From Lama glama (Eukaryota): 64,000 bases of DNA. The notes under the pieces were generated by a model. It was not told the DNA's origin and ran no database searches. It saw only the letters and a program-made list of their open reading frames with translations. The position numbers and the translations under genes are program-made. Below, piece after piece: positions 40,597 to 53,852 of the stretch. How positions within the stretch are numbered: position 1 is the stretch's first letter; the number at the start of each line of letters is the position of its first letter. The stretch lies in assembly GCA_028534125.1 (NCBI GenBank), contig CM052817.1, positions 9,612,001 to 9,676,000 on the forward strand. The letters are read 5' to 3'.

Positions 40597-41115
40597 TGTA
40601 TCAGTTTGGATTTGTGATTATAAATGATAAAAACCCAGTTTGAACCAGCTCACAGACCAAGGGGAGTTTACTGGATGATGAAATCACAGAGTAGGTTGAA
40701 CAGCTAAGACATGTGAACGACAGGGGCTCTTCTCCGCCTCAAGGACACCTGGTCCAGGGCCCGACTACTGCCTGGCCCCTTCTCCGCCCTCTCTGGGCTT
40801 CCCTTGGTACGGTGGCTTCATCTCCCCCATCGCAGACAGATTTCTCCCCTTGGCTACTTGGTCACCGGTATCACCCAAGTCCACATCTAGTAGCTTCAGC
40901 CAGGCAGAGAAATGCTCCTCTCGTCCCAAGTTTAAACATCTTGTGGACGGCTCTTGAGCCACGAAGCCTGGTCAGGGACCACCCCTGGGCATTCAGCTGT
41001 GACCAGAGACGCGTTAAAGGAGAAATAGCAGCTCCCTGGGGCCCACGTGGAATTTAATTGATAGGAAAAGAGTGGAAAGTTCAGTGGCCTAACAAAAGCC
41101 AAAGCACCCACTACT
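40597..41115 (-). mobile_element. Probable old MaLR LTR (MLT1-type)
   Basis: tgtatcagtttggatttgtgattataaatgataaaaacccagtttgaaccagct resembles old MLT1 termini; highly diverged. Confidence 0.5.
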
Positions 41116-41552
41116 CTCCTCCAAGTAGGTGGCCCGAGTCAGCTGCAGCCAAATGCTATTTACTATTTTTGTAATTGCTTTACTTTAAGTAGAAAAGGCA
41201 AAACTTAAGCAGGGGCTTTAGCAAAGTTGCTTGGGTGAGCTGAGCATCGTGAATGACAGCGACTCTCACTGCTATCTCTGTGGCCTCTGTTTCTTTCCAC
41301 ATGAACATTTTCACTTGCAATTACAGATTTCTCTTCTACTCATAAGGCAGTTTAATCAACTGACTCCAAATCCTGGATATTACATCAAAGATCAATTCTG
41401 AACCAAAAGTTCAGAGGGAAATGGAAGGAACATTTAGAACCGTAATTTGCGACTTAACCCACATGTGATAAATAATTCTCCAATCTCCAGAAGGGAATGA
41501 GAGAGGACTAGTATTTCAAAACCATCAAAGTATTGCTTCCTTTTAATTTCAG

Positions 41553-41645
41553 GACTATGAGAAACGGTTACGGGACAGAAACGTAATTGAAACCAAGGAC
41601 CACATAGATATCAATAGGGCCACAGTAGCCAAGTACTTCCAGCAG
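41553..41645 (+). CDS. CC2D2A: CC2D2A coding exon (93 nt)
   Basis: aatttcag|GACTAT...CAGCAG|gtaagg; [31 protein letters not shown]. Confidence 0.96.
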
Positions 41646-42593
41646 GTAAGGAAAATCATTTTAAACAGTCCTCCTAGGGGAAAAACAGCCAGCATCCTAA
41701 GGCTGGAGGAGGGAGGTCTCTATTCTTTTATTTTCTCGTAATTACAGATAGGAAATTGATTAACAGCTATCTTCATCTTTTGAACATGGTTACTTGGTTC
41801 TTCTTTGTATTCGTTTGGACTTGTGATTATAAGTGATAAAAACCCAATGTGAACTAGCTTGGCACCAAGGGGAGTGTATTGGATGATGAAACACTGAAAA
41901 CACTAAGATATGTCTCAGTTCATTACCAGTGGTTATCTTAAGAGGGGTATGATTACAAGGGACTCGCATTCTAAGTCATGATTTTTTTTAAATATTTGCA
42001 TGTTTGCATCTTATTACCTTTGTAATTAAAAAAAAGTTTTATAAACCACATACTAACTGTCCTGCACTAGAAAGTCAAAATATCCCTTTTTCCTTCCTTC
42101 CTGTAATAAATTTAACTTAAAAGAAATGCTACAGTGACTACAGTTCATTTCCCCCATCCAGTTCATCTACCCTGTACCTTGTGTGAAAAACCGATTTATG
42201 ACATTTAAGAGGCCCTCTCTTTAAAGGATAATCAGGTAGTAAGTCGGTCTGAGTAGGGGAAGAACTTAAGAATCACTTCTTGAAATGTGTGTGCTTCGAG
42301 ACTGGTCCTGTTTTTTGTAATTTGTTAATTCATTCATTCAGCTAAATTTTACCATCTTATCTGCCAGGAACTTTTCCAGGTCCTAAGAATGTAGCAGTGA
42401 ACAAAACAGAAACCCTGTGTCTCAGGGAGCTCACAGTAGTGAGGAAAGCTGGATGCTCTGCGGGAGGGAGTGGTCAGAGCTGCGGAGAAAAGTGAAGGGG
42501 GGCTGGGCAGTGACACCGAGGTGACATCAGAGCAGTGAGCTGAGAAGTTCATAGAACAAGAACATTTTAAATAAAATGTATTTCTTTCCACAG

Positions 42594-42685
42594 GTTAGGG
42601 ACTCAGTGATAAATCGCTTCCTTGTTGCAAAACACCATTTTCTTCTTTCGGATTTGATAGTAGAGGAAGAAGTTCCCAATATCAG
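42594..42685 (+). CDS. CC2D2A: CC2D2A coding exon (92 nt)
   Basis: ttccacag|GTTAGG...TATCAG|gtaaaa; [30 protein letters not shown](S). Confidence 0.96.
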
Positions 42686-43648
42686 GTAAAAACAAACCTT
42701 TTCTCATTTCTTATAAAAATTATTTGTATTGTATGAAAAGTTTCATGTAAATATAAGATTTATATCAGTGTCCGGTGTGCATTTGGGCCCCTAATAATAC
42801 TGGAAACTGGTAAAACCTGATTAAGGCTTAATGGTACATTAGTGGGGAGGTTTCTGTTAGAACAAGTCATACAAGATGCTCTCCATCACATTCCAGTGGA
42901 CCCCATCTCACCTCCCACGACCTCCAAGTCAACTTCCCCAGCCTTGTCCATTTTCTCGTTCCAATCAAATGAAGTTCCCCTCCAGCACATCCTCCTCCAG
43001 CCCTCATCATCTCCCAAGGCCGGGCCCTGCTTTACGCTGCCAGCACAGGGCAGTGGGGTGGCTGAGCACCAGCCCACTAAGGCTCTAGGCGGCCGGGGGA
43101 GGCCAGGCTCCAGCACCACAGCCAGGAGGCACACAGCTGCTGTGTGTCTGGTGAGGGGCAAGGGCAGCAGGGAAAAATGGATATTTACATAGAAAATGCA
43201 TTTGCTTGATTGTCTCCCTATCATTTAGAATAATCCTCAAATGGTCTCAACTCGGGGTGGATGTGTGAAAGATGAAAGAGAACTTTCTCTGTCGGTGGGC
43301 TTGCGCAGTCCATTAACTTCATGGCCTTCCTCTGATTGAACCTCTTGGTCTCCTAAAAAGGTCATTTCCTATGCATGTACTTTTTTTCCACCATCAAGTT
43401 GGCAAGGAGACAAAAAACTGTGCTGTCACGGCAGCCCCTTTTTTTGCCTCCATCCTCACACAGAAGGGAAGCTGTGCCCACATGACTTCATGCAAACTCT
43501 CTCTCTCTCTCTTCCAGGCCCAGAGTCCTGTCACTGAATGTTTTTTCAGCCATGATAATTACACGTTAGAATAGATGATGATTTTTCATGCTGTTTTTCC
43601 ATTTCTTTTCTTTCTTTTTCTTTTTTCTGCTTTACTTTCTGCATTAAG

Positions 43649-43663
43649 TTCTGAAGGCTCAGG
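43649..43663 (+). CDS. CC2D2A: Candidate 15-nt alternative microexon of CC2D2A (inserts SEGSG)
   Basis: About 60-nt pyrimidine-rich tract, two TGC motifs, taag|TTCTGAAGGCTCAGG|gtatgt; frame-preserving and stop-free in the phase-2 intron. Confidence 0.75.
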
Positions 43664-43934
43664 GTATGTTCTTTCTTCTTTTACTTTTGGTTTGTTCTTG
43701 GCTTTAAATTAAGATGTTTCTGTATTTAATGGTCCCAGCCACCTAGATGCTCTCATGCTGATGCTGTGGGGCAGCAAAGTCTCATGAGAGGAGGTGCCTC
43801 TTGGGGAGGGTGGAAGTATTGAGAAAAGATGGAATGTGTCATGTTACGACCCCGGGGCAAAGATTTCTCTCTGAGGTCCCCACGTTTGGCTTAGGGAGGT
43901 GTCCTGGTAGAGTGATTCAGAAGATGGACTTGAA

Positions 43935-44415
43935 TTTGTGACAACATGGATGAACCTTGAGGGCTTTATGTTAAGTGAAATGAGTCAGTCTGAGAAAGAC
44001 AAATACTATGTGATCTCACTTGTATGTGGAACCTAAAAAAACCAAACTAATAAGAACAGAGACTAATAGTGATCACCAGGGGCTGGGGACAGGGAAATGG
44101 GGAGATGTGGTTTAAGAGTACAAACCTGCAACCAGTAGCTACGTCAGTCCTGGAGATCAAATAAACAGCATAGTGATTATCGTCAACAATACTGTATTAT
44201 AAACTTCAAAGTTACTAAGAGTTCCTAGCTCTTACAAAGTTACTAGATCTTAATTGTTCTCACCACAAAGAAGAAATGATAATCAGGCGAAGTGATAGAG
44301 ATGTTGGCTCATGCTGCAGTGGTGATCATATTGCAATACATAAATGTATCAAACCAGCACATTGTACACCTTAAACCTACAGTGTTATATGTCAATTATA
44401 TCTCAATTAAAATTT
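43935..44415 (+). mobile_element. L1 (L1MA-like) 3' end
   Basis: gacaacatggatgaaccttgagggctttatgttaagtgaaatgagtcag...tgtacaccttaaacctacagtgttatatgtcaattatatctcaat. Confidence 0.92.
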
Positions 44416-45299
44416 TAAAATGTACAATAAGTCAAAAAAAGAGTTGCAAAGATGTAAAACAATGTTACTCTTCCCTCATTCTTTGTTTTGCAAAGGATAG
44501 TTATTTTTCATACTTTCACATTATGTTAACATGTAATGGGCTTATTCTTGTCTTAAATGAGTTCATAAATAAATATATGTAAATATTTTTCAAAAGAGAA
44601 GAAGCTGGGCTGTGAAGTTAGGGTGATCTGGTTTTGAACCCCAGCCCTCTCTCCTCCTATATAGGAGCCTCCAGCAAATTCCATCACCTCTCAGAGCCTC
44701 CAGTTTCTTCATATGAAAAATGGGGTAAATATACTTGTAAGGATTAGCACTATTTTGTGTAAGGCACCTAGCACTCTGCTTGAATCAGAGAAAGTGCTGG
44801 TAAATAGTAGCCACTCCGTGCCCTGTGGGACAGGAGACTCTGGGGAGCAAACAGCCCCTGGAAGTGCCTTGGGAGCCAGCATCCCGCCAGCGGGCACCTG
44901 CCTTTTGGGAAGAAGGACCCAGTCCTGCAGTCCAGCTCTCATACTCCTGGGGGGCACACAAGCGTGAGTGTTGCCAGCCTGAGGCCAGCTTGGCACAGCT
45001 GGCTCAGTTCCGTGGCTGCTGGGCATCGTCATTAATGTCAGCTTCCTGATACAAAGTCCCATCTGTGTTTCTGTTTAGTCTCTGGGGCAGAATTAAATTA
45101 TTTGCTCCATGACCCTCTCCCCCAAGTTCACTGACTGCATTGCTTTCATCTTCTGGGAAGTGTTGATGGATATCATCTCAGTGAGAGGCAGAAAGATATG
45201 CTCCCCCGCTCCTCCTCCCCCACCTTCCCGCATCTCCATCCCTTCCTTTCTCCGGTATAATCACTGGCATCATAATCATTGTCATTGTCCCGACAGTCA

Positions 45300-45500
45300 T
45301 ATTTTAGGGCATCTCCTAATGCTAGACTAGTGCCCGGGGGCTTTGTACACAACTTCTCGCTACGTCCTCTCCGCAACCCCGAGAGGTAGGCATTATTATC
45401 CCCATTTTACAGATGATGAAACAGAGACTTAAAGAGGTGCAGCAATTTGCCCAAGGTGAGCAGGATTCACACCGAGTTTTGCCTAACTCCAGAGAGCTGA
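45300..45500 (-). mobile_element. MIR SINE
   Basis: attatccccattttacagatgatgaaacagagacttaaagaggtgcagcaatttgcccaagg. Confidence 0.85.
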
Positions 45501-45713
45501 TCCCAGGAGGCGCCCCAGGAGGCGGTAACCTCAGGGCTCTGTGAATGGACAGGCTGAGAAGTGCCCCGGGGGCCCAGGAGAGGGAGAATTTCTTGACAAT
45601 TTCCACCCTCTTTAAAAAGACAAAGAGTTTTTCAGGGGCCTGTGAGGGACCCTGGGGCAGACTTTGGGAAATGGTCTTGACTTTCCAGATCTTTCTTTCC
45701 CCTAGAGTCTTAA

Positions 45714-45902
<189 letters not shown>

Positions 45903-47537
45903 TGAGAGCCCTCTGAACACCCCGGGATGGGATGTGCAGGAGCCCAGCACTTTACAGCTTGTTCACTCTCGTCTTGAACATAGTTGTTATTCTATGGGGG
46001 CCGAGGGCAGGGTGGTGGGGGTTCTTGATGAAGGCAGGGCCCGACTGGTTGCAAGTAACAGAACCACCTCAGCCAATTGAAGGTAAAGGGGGGATTTACT
46101 GGGAATCTCTCACAGAACTCAAGGCCAAGAGGTACAGCTAAACTGCACGGTGGACAGTAAGGGTTAAGATGGTTTCTTCAGAGGCCCCACTGTCTTGCTC
46201 ACCGGCTTCCTTCTATGTGTGATGGGAGTGGGCCATCCAGTCAGGGTACCACCCACCAAGGGTCAGCTTCTTAGGAGAGAATCTGAAGGCCCTGACCTGG
46301 GTCAGGTGTTGATCCATGGTCTGGTCACCTACAGCCAGAGAGGCAGATCACAAGGACCAGTCCTGAAGGTGGGGGACAGTTCTCAGAGAAGTGGGTGACA
46401 GCTGAGCAGACACCCACAGGTGTATAGTCCAGATTCTGAGACATGTGCGATGAGCACAAAAATGTGAGTGACTTCTCCTTTATCTGCTCAGGGAAATGAA
46501 TTATGCCCACTGTACTTCACTACATTGGGACAAGGGGGGCCCCTCAGCCATCAGTAAGGTGAGCAGGTGAGCCTAGGTTTCTTATCCCCTTAGAGAATCG
46601 AGATGGAAGGATGGAAGGACCAGGCATCTCTTCTCTTTGCTCGTGTCCTCTCCAGTATAACTTGGAAGCTGTCATTCATTACACACTCACAGTGTTCTCA
46701 GCACTATGTTAGGTACTTTCATGTATGTTATCTCACTTACCTCTCACCACTAGTACTGTCTCCATTTTACAAAAAGTAAAATGGAAGCGAAGGGAGTGTA
46801 AGTGGCTTTGCCCAAGGTCATCTAGCTGTCTGATCACAGAAGAGCACAGGTCTAGCCTTTGGCGTCTTTCCTTCCTCGGTTCTCCCCTTTAAATTATCCA
46901 CCCTCACCTCCCATTATTTTGCCCTACTTTTTTTTTTCTGCTAACTAACTTTTCTACCCATTATAGAACATCTGAGCATCACCAATATTCCCAGAATTTT
47001 GTCTCATGTAAATGTCTGTTTACGCTCTTGAATCTGCTCCATAGTATTGCTTCCTTGAGCTTCAGCTCAACCCTTTCATCTTGATTGCATCAAAGCTCAA
47101 CTGTGGGGTGAATAGCTGTTTTTTAAAAGAATATATAGGTGTTTCTCTTATTTTTGGTCTCTGTGAAGATTTTTAGGAGGTAAGTCATTTCATTCAAATA
47201 ATTACAATGAAGCACAGTTGATCATGTATGTTATACATTTGAGAGCAGACTCATCAAGATAGCTCAGAGATCAACTCTTGCATTAAACCCACCCTAATCG
47301 TAACTCTCTCTACGCTTGCAACTCAGCTAAATAGGACTTTTCACTCCCTCTCTGTACTCTTATGGCCCATGCCCATCCCCCTAGTCTAACATACATCCTG
47401 CGTATTGTGACTATGTACTTATCTAGTCTGAGCTGAAGTATATCTTATTGGTCTTTGCAGCCACAAAGTCTAAAGTCTAACACAGGGCCTAAAGTATAGT
47501 TGGTGCTTAACAACTGTTTGTATGATAATGTAACTGA

Positions 47538-48037
47538 NNNNNNNNNNNNNNNNNNNNNNNNNNNNNNNNNNNNNNNNNNNNNNNNNNNNNNNNNNNNNNN
47601 NNNNNNNNNNNNNNNNNNNNNNNNNNNNNNNNNNNNNNNNNNNNNNNNNNNNNNNNNNNNNNNNNNNNNNNNNNNNNNNNNNNNNNNNNNNNNNNNNNNN
47701 NNNNNNNNNNNNNNNNNNNNNNNNNNNNNNNNNNNNNNNNNNNNNNNNNNNNNNNNNNNNNNNNNNNNNNNNNNNNNNNNNNNNNNNNNNNNNNNNNNNN
47801 NNNNNNNNNNNNNNNNNNNNNNNNNNNNNNNNNNNNNNNNNNNNNNNNNNNNNNNNNNNNNNNNNNNNNNNNNNNNNNNNNNNNNNNNNNNNNNNNNNNN
47901 NNNNNNNNNNNNNNNNNNNNNNNNNNNNNNNNNNNNNNNNNNNNNNNNNNNNNNNNNNNNNNNNNNNNNNNNNNNNNNNNNNNNNNNNNNNNNNNNNNNN
48001 NNNNNNNNNNNNNNNNNNNNNNNNNNNNNNNNNNNNN
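47538..48037. other. Assembly gap (500 N)
   Basis: Run of exactly 500 N. Confidence 1.
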
Positions 48038-48783
48038 TACTAAACAACAAAATTCTTATAAAAATATTTAAATATCTGCTTTTCTCATGCTACTTTTCAG
48101 CAATTGCTGGAGGGAGTAATGACACCATACATCTAGAGACAACTGAAATTTGTTCTGTTTCATCTGTTTTGAGTTACTTTAAAAAGTCTGGGACTTGGCT
48201 CATCTTGGATCAGAGAACCACCTAAGAAAACTATTGCACATTTTACATTTCTAGGTCTGCTTCCTTTTACACTGAGACTCATTAGTGTTATCTATCACAT
48301 TGATTATGGATTTCAAACTTTTGAGCATATCCACAAATACCTGTAAATTTGTTGTCCTTTTAACATGAGTTGCTTTGGCTTTGCATTTGAGATGCTAGAT
48401 TTCTAAGCTCCTCTCCCCTCTAAAACCAGTCTCAAAATACAAATAAAACCATTCCTTGGCCTCATCAGAATTAGTACATCATAGTTTAATTATTATATAC
48501 TGTTTTATTAACCCAGTAATTTCCATACCACTGCTTGCCTGTTGACTACTTTCTTTCAGTCCTGTTGGATATATTTTACGTATTTAATGAACCCATCCAA
48601 TTTTTAGATTATAAATATAATTAAACAAAGCTTCAGGAACACCAGGGCATGACAGTTCCGTAAGAGGTCGTTAAATCATGCTTCCTGACGCACGTTGAGT
48701 TTATATTGACTGTGGGATCTGAACAGGTTCTACTGCATCTCCTGTAATCATAAAAAAATTCCACAGAGTCTTTCTTTTTAAAG

Positions 48784-48987
48784 TTTGATTCTCAGGAAGA
48801 TGAGAAATTGCTTCAAGCAACAGAGAAGTTTCAAGCTGAATGTGCCCTAAAGTTTCCAAATCGTCAGTGCCTTACAACAGTGATTGACATCAGTGGGAAG
48901 ACCGTCTTTATTACGCGTTATCTCAAGCCTTTGAACCCTCCTCAGGAGCTCCTTAATGCCTACCCCAACAACCCCCAGGCAACAGCA
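48784..48987 (+). CDS. CC2D2A: CC2D2A coding exon (204 nt)
   Basis: ttttaaag|TTTGAT...ACAGCA|gtaagt; [68 protein letters not shown]. Confidence 0.97.
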
Positions 48988-49799
48988 GTAAGTATTTCAT
49001 AGCCAATCAGTGTTGTTGCTAAAAAGGTTTTAAAATTTCAATGTACTGCCCTCTCAGTTATGGTATTTCACAGTACTTAGGACAGTAACTATATCAAGGT
49101 TATTGGTGATTAAAGTCAGGATTACAACTATTTTAGTACCACAAGGCTTACTTTCTTTAACAGAGTCTGAAGGTGCCAGCGAGGATAATCATTCTTAGTC
49201 CATCCGTTCAGTGAGCAGTTAAGTACTGAGTGCTTACTGCATCTCTGGCATTATGTTGGGTGCTAGAAAATTAACACTGGGAAGATGCTGTATCTACACT
49301 TTCTCCACGTCTTACATAAACACGTTTTCATTACGTGTTCTCTATAACTTTGCTAGAATTTGAATCTAGGCCTCTGATGTCAAAACTCATGCACTTTCTA
49401 TTATAGCTAGATAACTATTCAGTATTATACTAAATGCTCTAATCATTAAATTCAAAACAAGCAAAAATTATTTCCAAGATTTAAGTATATACATAGGCCA
49501 TCACCACAAAAAGCATCCATGCTGATGTATTAAATATACATGCACCATTTTCTGCCTGCAGAGCACCAGACCTATTGCGATCTCACGTGAGCAGACGCTG
49601 TACGTTAAACGGGCTATTCTTAGGTCGATACTGTAACTCCTGGCTGGAGGGTGGACAGTATAGAGAGTAATTGCTGCTAATAAGTCATTAATATTGTAAT
49701 TTAGGGATAAGGTAACGATACACCTATTTGCAGATATAAACACCTTGTGTTCCACATTTCATTTACCTTTTTATTATTCAATTTTTATTAAAAGCCAGA

Positions 49800-52600
49800 A
49801 TAGGGACTTCTATTCTCTTTAGCGTAGAAGATATGCAGAAACCTTCTCCCAGTAGAGAACACTTAAGAGTTATGAGTAAAATATTTAAAACATGTTTTCA
49901 ATCACGACTGAAACAGAAATAAGGTGAGGAGGAAATCAGAGACAGGGAACAAGAAAGCAAGACTCTACAAGGGTGAGGGTTTGGAATAGTGTTCGCTCTG
50001 AGGTCATCCCGTAATTCCTGATGCCCAGAGATCGGTTTCAATGGGCCACAGGCTGCTAGAGACAGGAAACAGTGTGTGGCGCTAGAGCAGGCTGCAAGGC
50101 TGAATTAGAGACTCAGCTACAGAGCTGGGACTCCCGAAAGGTAAAATCATTGGGAGGTAAACTAGGAAATACCCTGCCCTGTAGAAAGAAACCTCCTGTG
50201 CTCAATCTTGTCTCTGGATGGAAGAGAAAAAACGAAAAGTCTCTCCTGAGAATTCCTAATCACTGGGCTGTATTTATTCACACTTGGGACTGAAATTTAC
50301 ACTACCGGTATGACCCCCAAAAACTTCAACAAAAAGTTAAAGTAATCCATGTTGGCAATGGCCCTGAGTTTTTGTCAGAAGCAAAAACAAATCCTTCTAG
50401 AAGAACATCCTTTAAATTCAGCCTCAGAAAGTTTCCACAGAAAGAGTTCCAAGAAACACGAACATATAAAAGATCATCAGTGAAAAAATAAGTCACTATG
50501 AAAGAAGGTAGGAATTAGCAGAAACAACGAACTGCAAAATTCAGGCTGCAAAGCCTGCAGTTATTAGAATGATCAGATTCAGAATATAAAATAGGTATGT
50601 TTAATAAGTTTAAGAAGTCTAGGGAATTGAAAATAGAACAAAAGAATAGACTATTAGAACTGACAAGCAGAGTGTTAAAAGTACTACATGGAACTTGTAG
50701 AAATAAAAGAATAAGTTAAAATGAGAAACTGAACAGTTTAGATATGACAGCAAATAAAATTAAATACAGAGTTAAATTACATACAGTTAAATACAGAGAG
50801 AATTAGTGAACTGTAATATACACGCCAAGAAATTACTTGGAGTATAGCACAGAGAAAGAAAAAATGGAAGATATACAGGAGTGGTTAACAGACATGGATG
50901 AGAAGGGGAAGGACCGAATTGTGTATAAAAGGAGAAAAGCAATATTCAAAGAGACAGAGCTAAGAACATTCAAGGTCTGACAAAAGACAACAGTTCTCTG
51001 ATTCAAAAAGCCCAATGAATCCTACAGAAGGTAAGTAAAATGAAATTAAATCCTAGGCATACCATAGGGAACTACAAAAGCAAAGATGATGTTAAAAGCA
51101 GCTAGGGAGAAAGTGCAGATTGTCTACAAAAGAACGATAATTAGGCCAGTGGATTTTTTAGCTACACAAGTGAAAGCCAGAAAAGGAATAACATCTTCAA
51201 AAGGCTAAAAGAAAATAACCATCAAACTAGTCATTTCTATCCGGTGAAACTATCATTTACACAAACACTGGGAGAACTTGCAACCAAAAGATTCTCCCTT
51301 AAGAAGTTTCTAAAAAATATACTTCAACGAGCAGGAAGGAGGGAGGGGAATAGCTCAGTGGTAGAGCACATCCTTAGCATGCACAAGGTTCTGGGTTCAA
51401 TCCCCAGTAGCTCCACTTAAAAAGAGAGAGAGAGAGAGAAGGAAGGAAGGTTATCAGAAAATCCTAGATGCGGCACAGAATGACAGGCGAAGAGAATGGG
51501 AAATTTGTGAGTAAGTCAGCAAACCCTGTGAATCACAGCAATGATAATAGGGTGTGGCTGAAAAATCAGGATAGGACAAAAATCCTGAAAAAACGCATAT
51601 ATGTCAGGACAGGATTGATTACAGTATCTTAATGCCCCTGTATTTTCCAAGATGAAGGCAAAGATAATTATTAATTTTAGAGTTTAAGTTGAATATTCAT
51701 ATTGAAATTTCTAGATTAAGAATTTAAAAGGATTTTTTAAAGAGAATATAACTTCTAAACTAGCAGAAGATAAAGTAAGGAAATGGGGTAAAGCGAATGG
51801 GGAAGAAAAAAAACACTGGAAAAGTGTGAAAAATAAAAAATAAAAAGCACAGAATAAGGTAGTAGAAATAGTCTAAAATATTTACCAATAATCACAATCA
51901 ACACAAAGGGATGAAACTTTCCAGTTAAAAGACAAAGACTGTAAAACCAGATTTTTAAAACGATCTGTAGTGGAACTTGACAAGCTGATTCTAACATGTA
52001 TATGGCAGAGCAAAGGGCCAAAAAATAACAAAGACAGTTCTGAAGAAGAAGTCAGTGGGAAGGGCCACCATATCATATATCCAGGTACTTATGAGACCCT
52101 GGTAATTAAGGTACAGTGGTACTGACACACACGTACCAAACAGAAAAACGGAAGAGAATTAAAAAATCCAGACAGATCCACTCAAATGTCACTCCCTCAG
52201 TCCTGATATATGACAAATTGTACTGGGATCACCGATCTTACACATGGAAAAAATAAAAAACAGATGCCTGCTTCACACCATTCAACTGCACATAGATTTT
52301 AAAAGAAATTCCCAGAAGTCAGAAACATGAAAGGCCAATAAGCATATGAGAGGATGTTCAACTTCCTTAGCAATTACAGAAATATGAGTTATACCCACAA
52401 TAATGCACTTATCTTGGTTACTATATACTACTGCCCTCTAAAAGGAACCAGGGCTTCTTGGAGAACTGGCTGCTTTCAGGACTGAGCTAGGGGAAATACA
52501 AGCTAGGGGAGCTAGGGGAAAGTCCTGTTATGCCAGAAAGTAAGTGGGGGAAAAAAGAAGATGAATGAGGTCATTTCAAAGAGACACAAGAGCCAGTTTC
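49800..52600 (+). mobile_element. Degraded, internally deleted old L1 (5'UTR/ORF1 remnant plus ORF2 pieces)
   Basis: A-rich ORF1-like sequence, then ccagttaaaagacaaagact (start of ORF2) joined to gaacttgacaagctgattctaac (late ORF2). Confidence 0.7.
51341..51440 (+). mobile_element. tRNA-Ala-derived SINE with (GA)n tail
   Basis: GGGAGGGGAATAGCTCAGTGGTAGAGCACATCCTTAGCATGCACAAGGTTCTGGGTTCAATCCCCAGTAGCTCC. Confidence 0.9.
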
Positions 52601-52729
52601 TCCATCTGTAAAAGATGGGTGGATGCTAACAGCAATCCTCCTCAGGATGTTTAGAGAAGGTTAAATGAGATAGTATTAACACAACACTTATTTGCACTTG
52701 TGAGCATTTGTTTCATTTCATTCACATAA

Positions 52730-52975
<246 letters not shown>

Positions 52976-53128
52976 TAATTTTAAATTGCAACACTCATTA
53001 GTCATTATAAAAATCTACATGGCCATCGCTTTAGCAGGATGAGCTAAATTCTGAAGTATTTTTTTTTCTTCCTGGTTCAAGTTGCCCAAAGTTCAGAAGT
53101 TAAAGAAAGAAAAGTAATTATTTGTGCG

Positions 53129-53152
53129 CGCACACACACACACACACACACA
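53129..53152. repeat. (CA)n microsatellite
   Basis: About 11 CA units. Confidence 0.95.
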
Positions 53153-53852
53153 TCCCACTTCAGAAATCTTAGTGCTATTTTATCCTCTCAATGTTACTTT
53201 AACAACATCCTAGTTTTATTTATTAAATAATCAAAATCACAATATATATTACATTTGAAAACTGCATATTCCTTAATTTATGGGCATCTGAAAGCATGTT
53301 ATTAGTCATTCAGTATGGATTTCTTGGTCACCTATCACATATTAGACACTGTGCCGAGTTCTGGCTATGAGCAAAATAAACATAGCCTCTGACCTCATGG
53401 AACTTACAACCAATGCACGCTACATAAACTTCCAAATGGGTCTTCAGTAGTATGAAAAAAACATGTATTATCACTGGTATTCATTCTGCTTCTGAATCTC
53501 ACATCACACTGTGTTTGCATAAAATTGAACTGTGTTATACAACTCCCTTTGAAGGATAGCTCTAAATGGAAGAAATTTAAGTATACTTTAAAATTTTTTC
53601 TCCGATATATTTTAGCAACGTAATGTTGACAATTTTAAAGATAAAATTTCCATAACCTCAAGATATCCATAAGATATACAAAGAATAGAATAATTAATAT
53701 GCTCTAGAGTCAGACTATCTTGACCACTTCCGAGGTGATGCTTTCTCTCTCTGTGCCTCCACTTCCTCATCTGTAAAATGGGAAGAGTATCACCCCCAAA
53801 GGTTTATTCTAGGATTAAGTGAATTAATGCATGCAATGTGCTTAAAGCAGTG

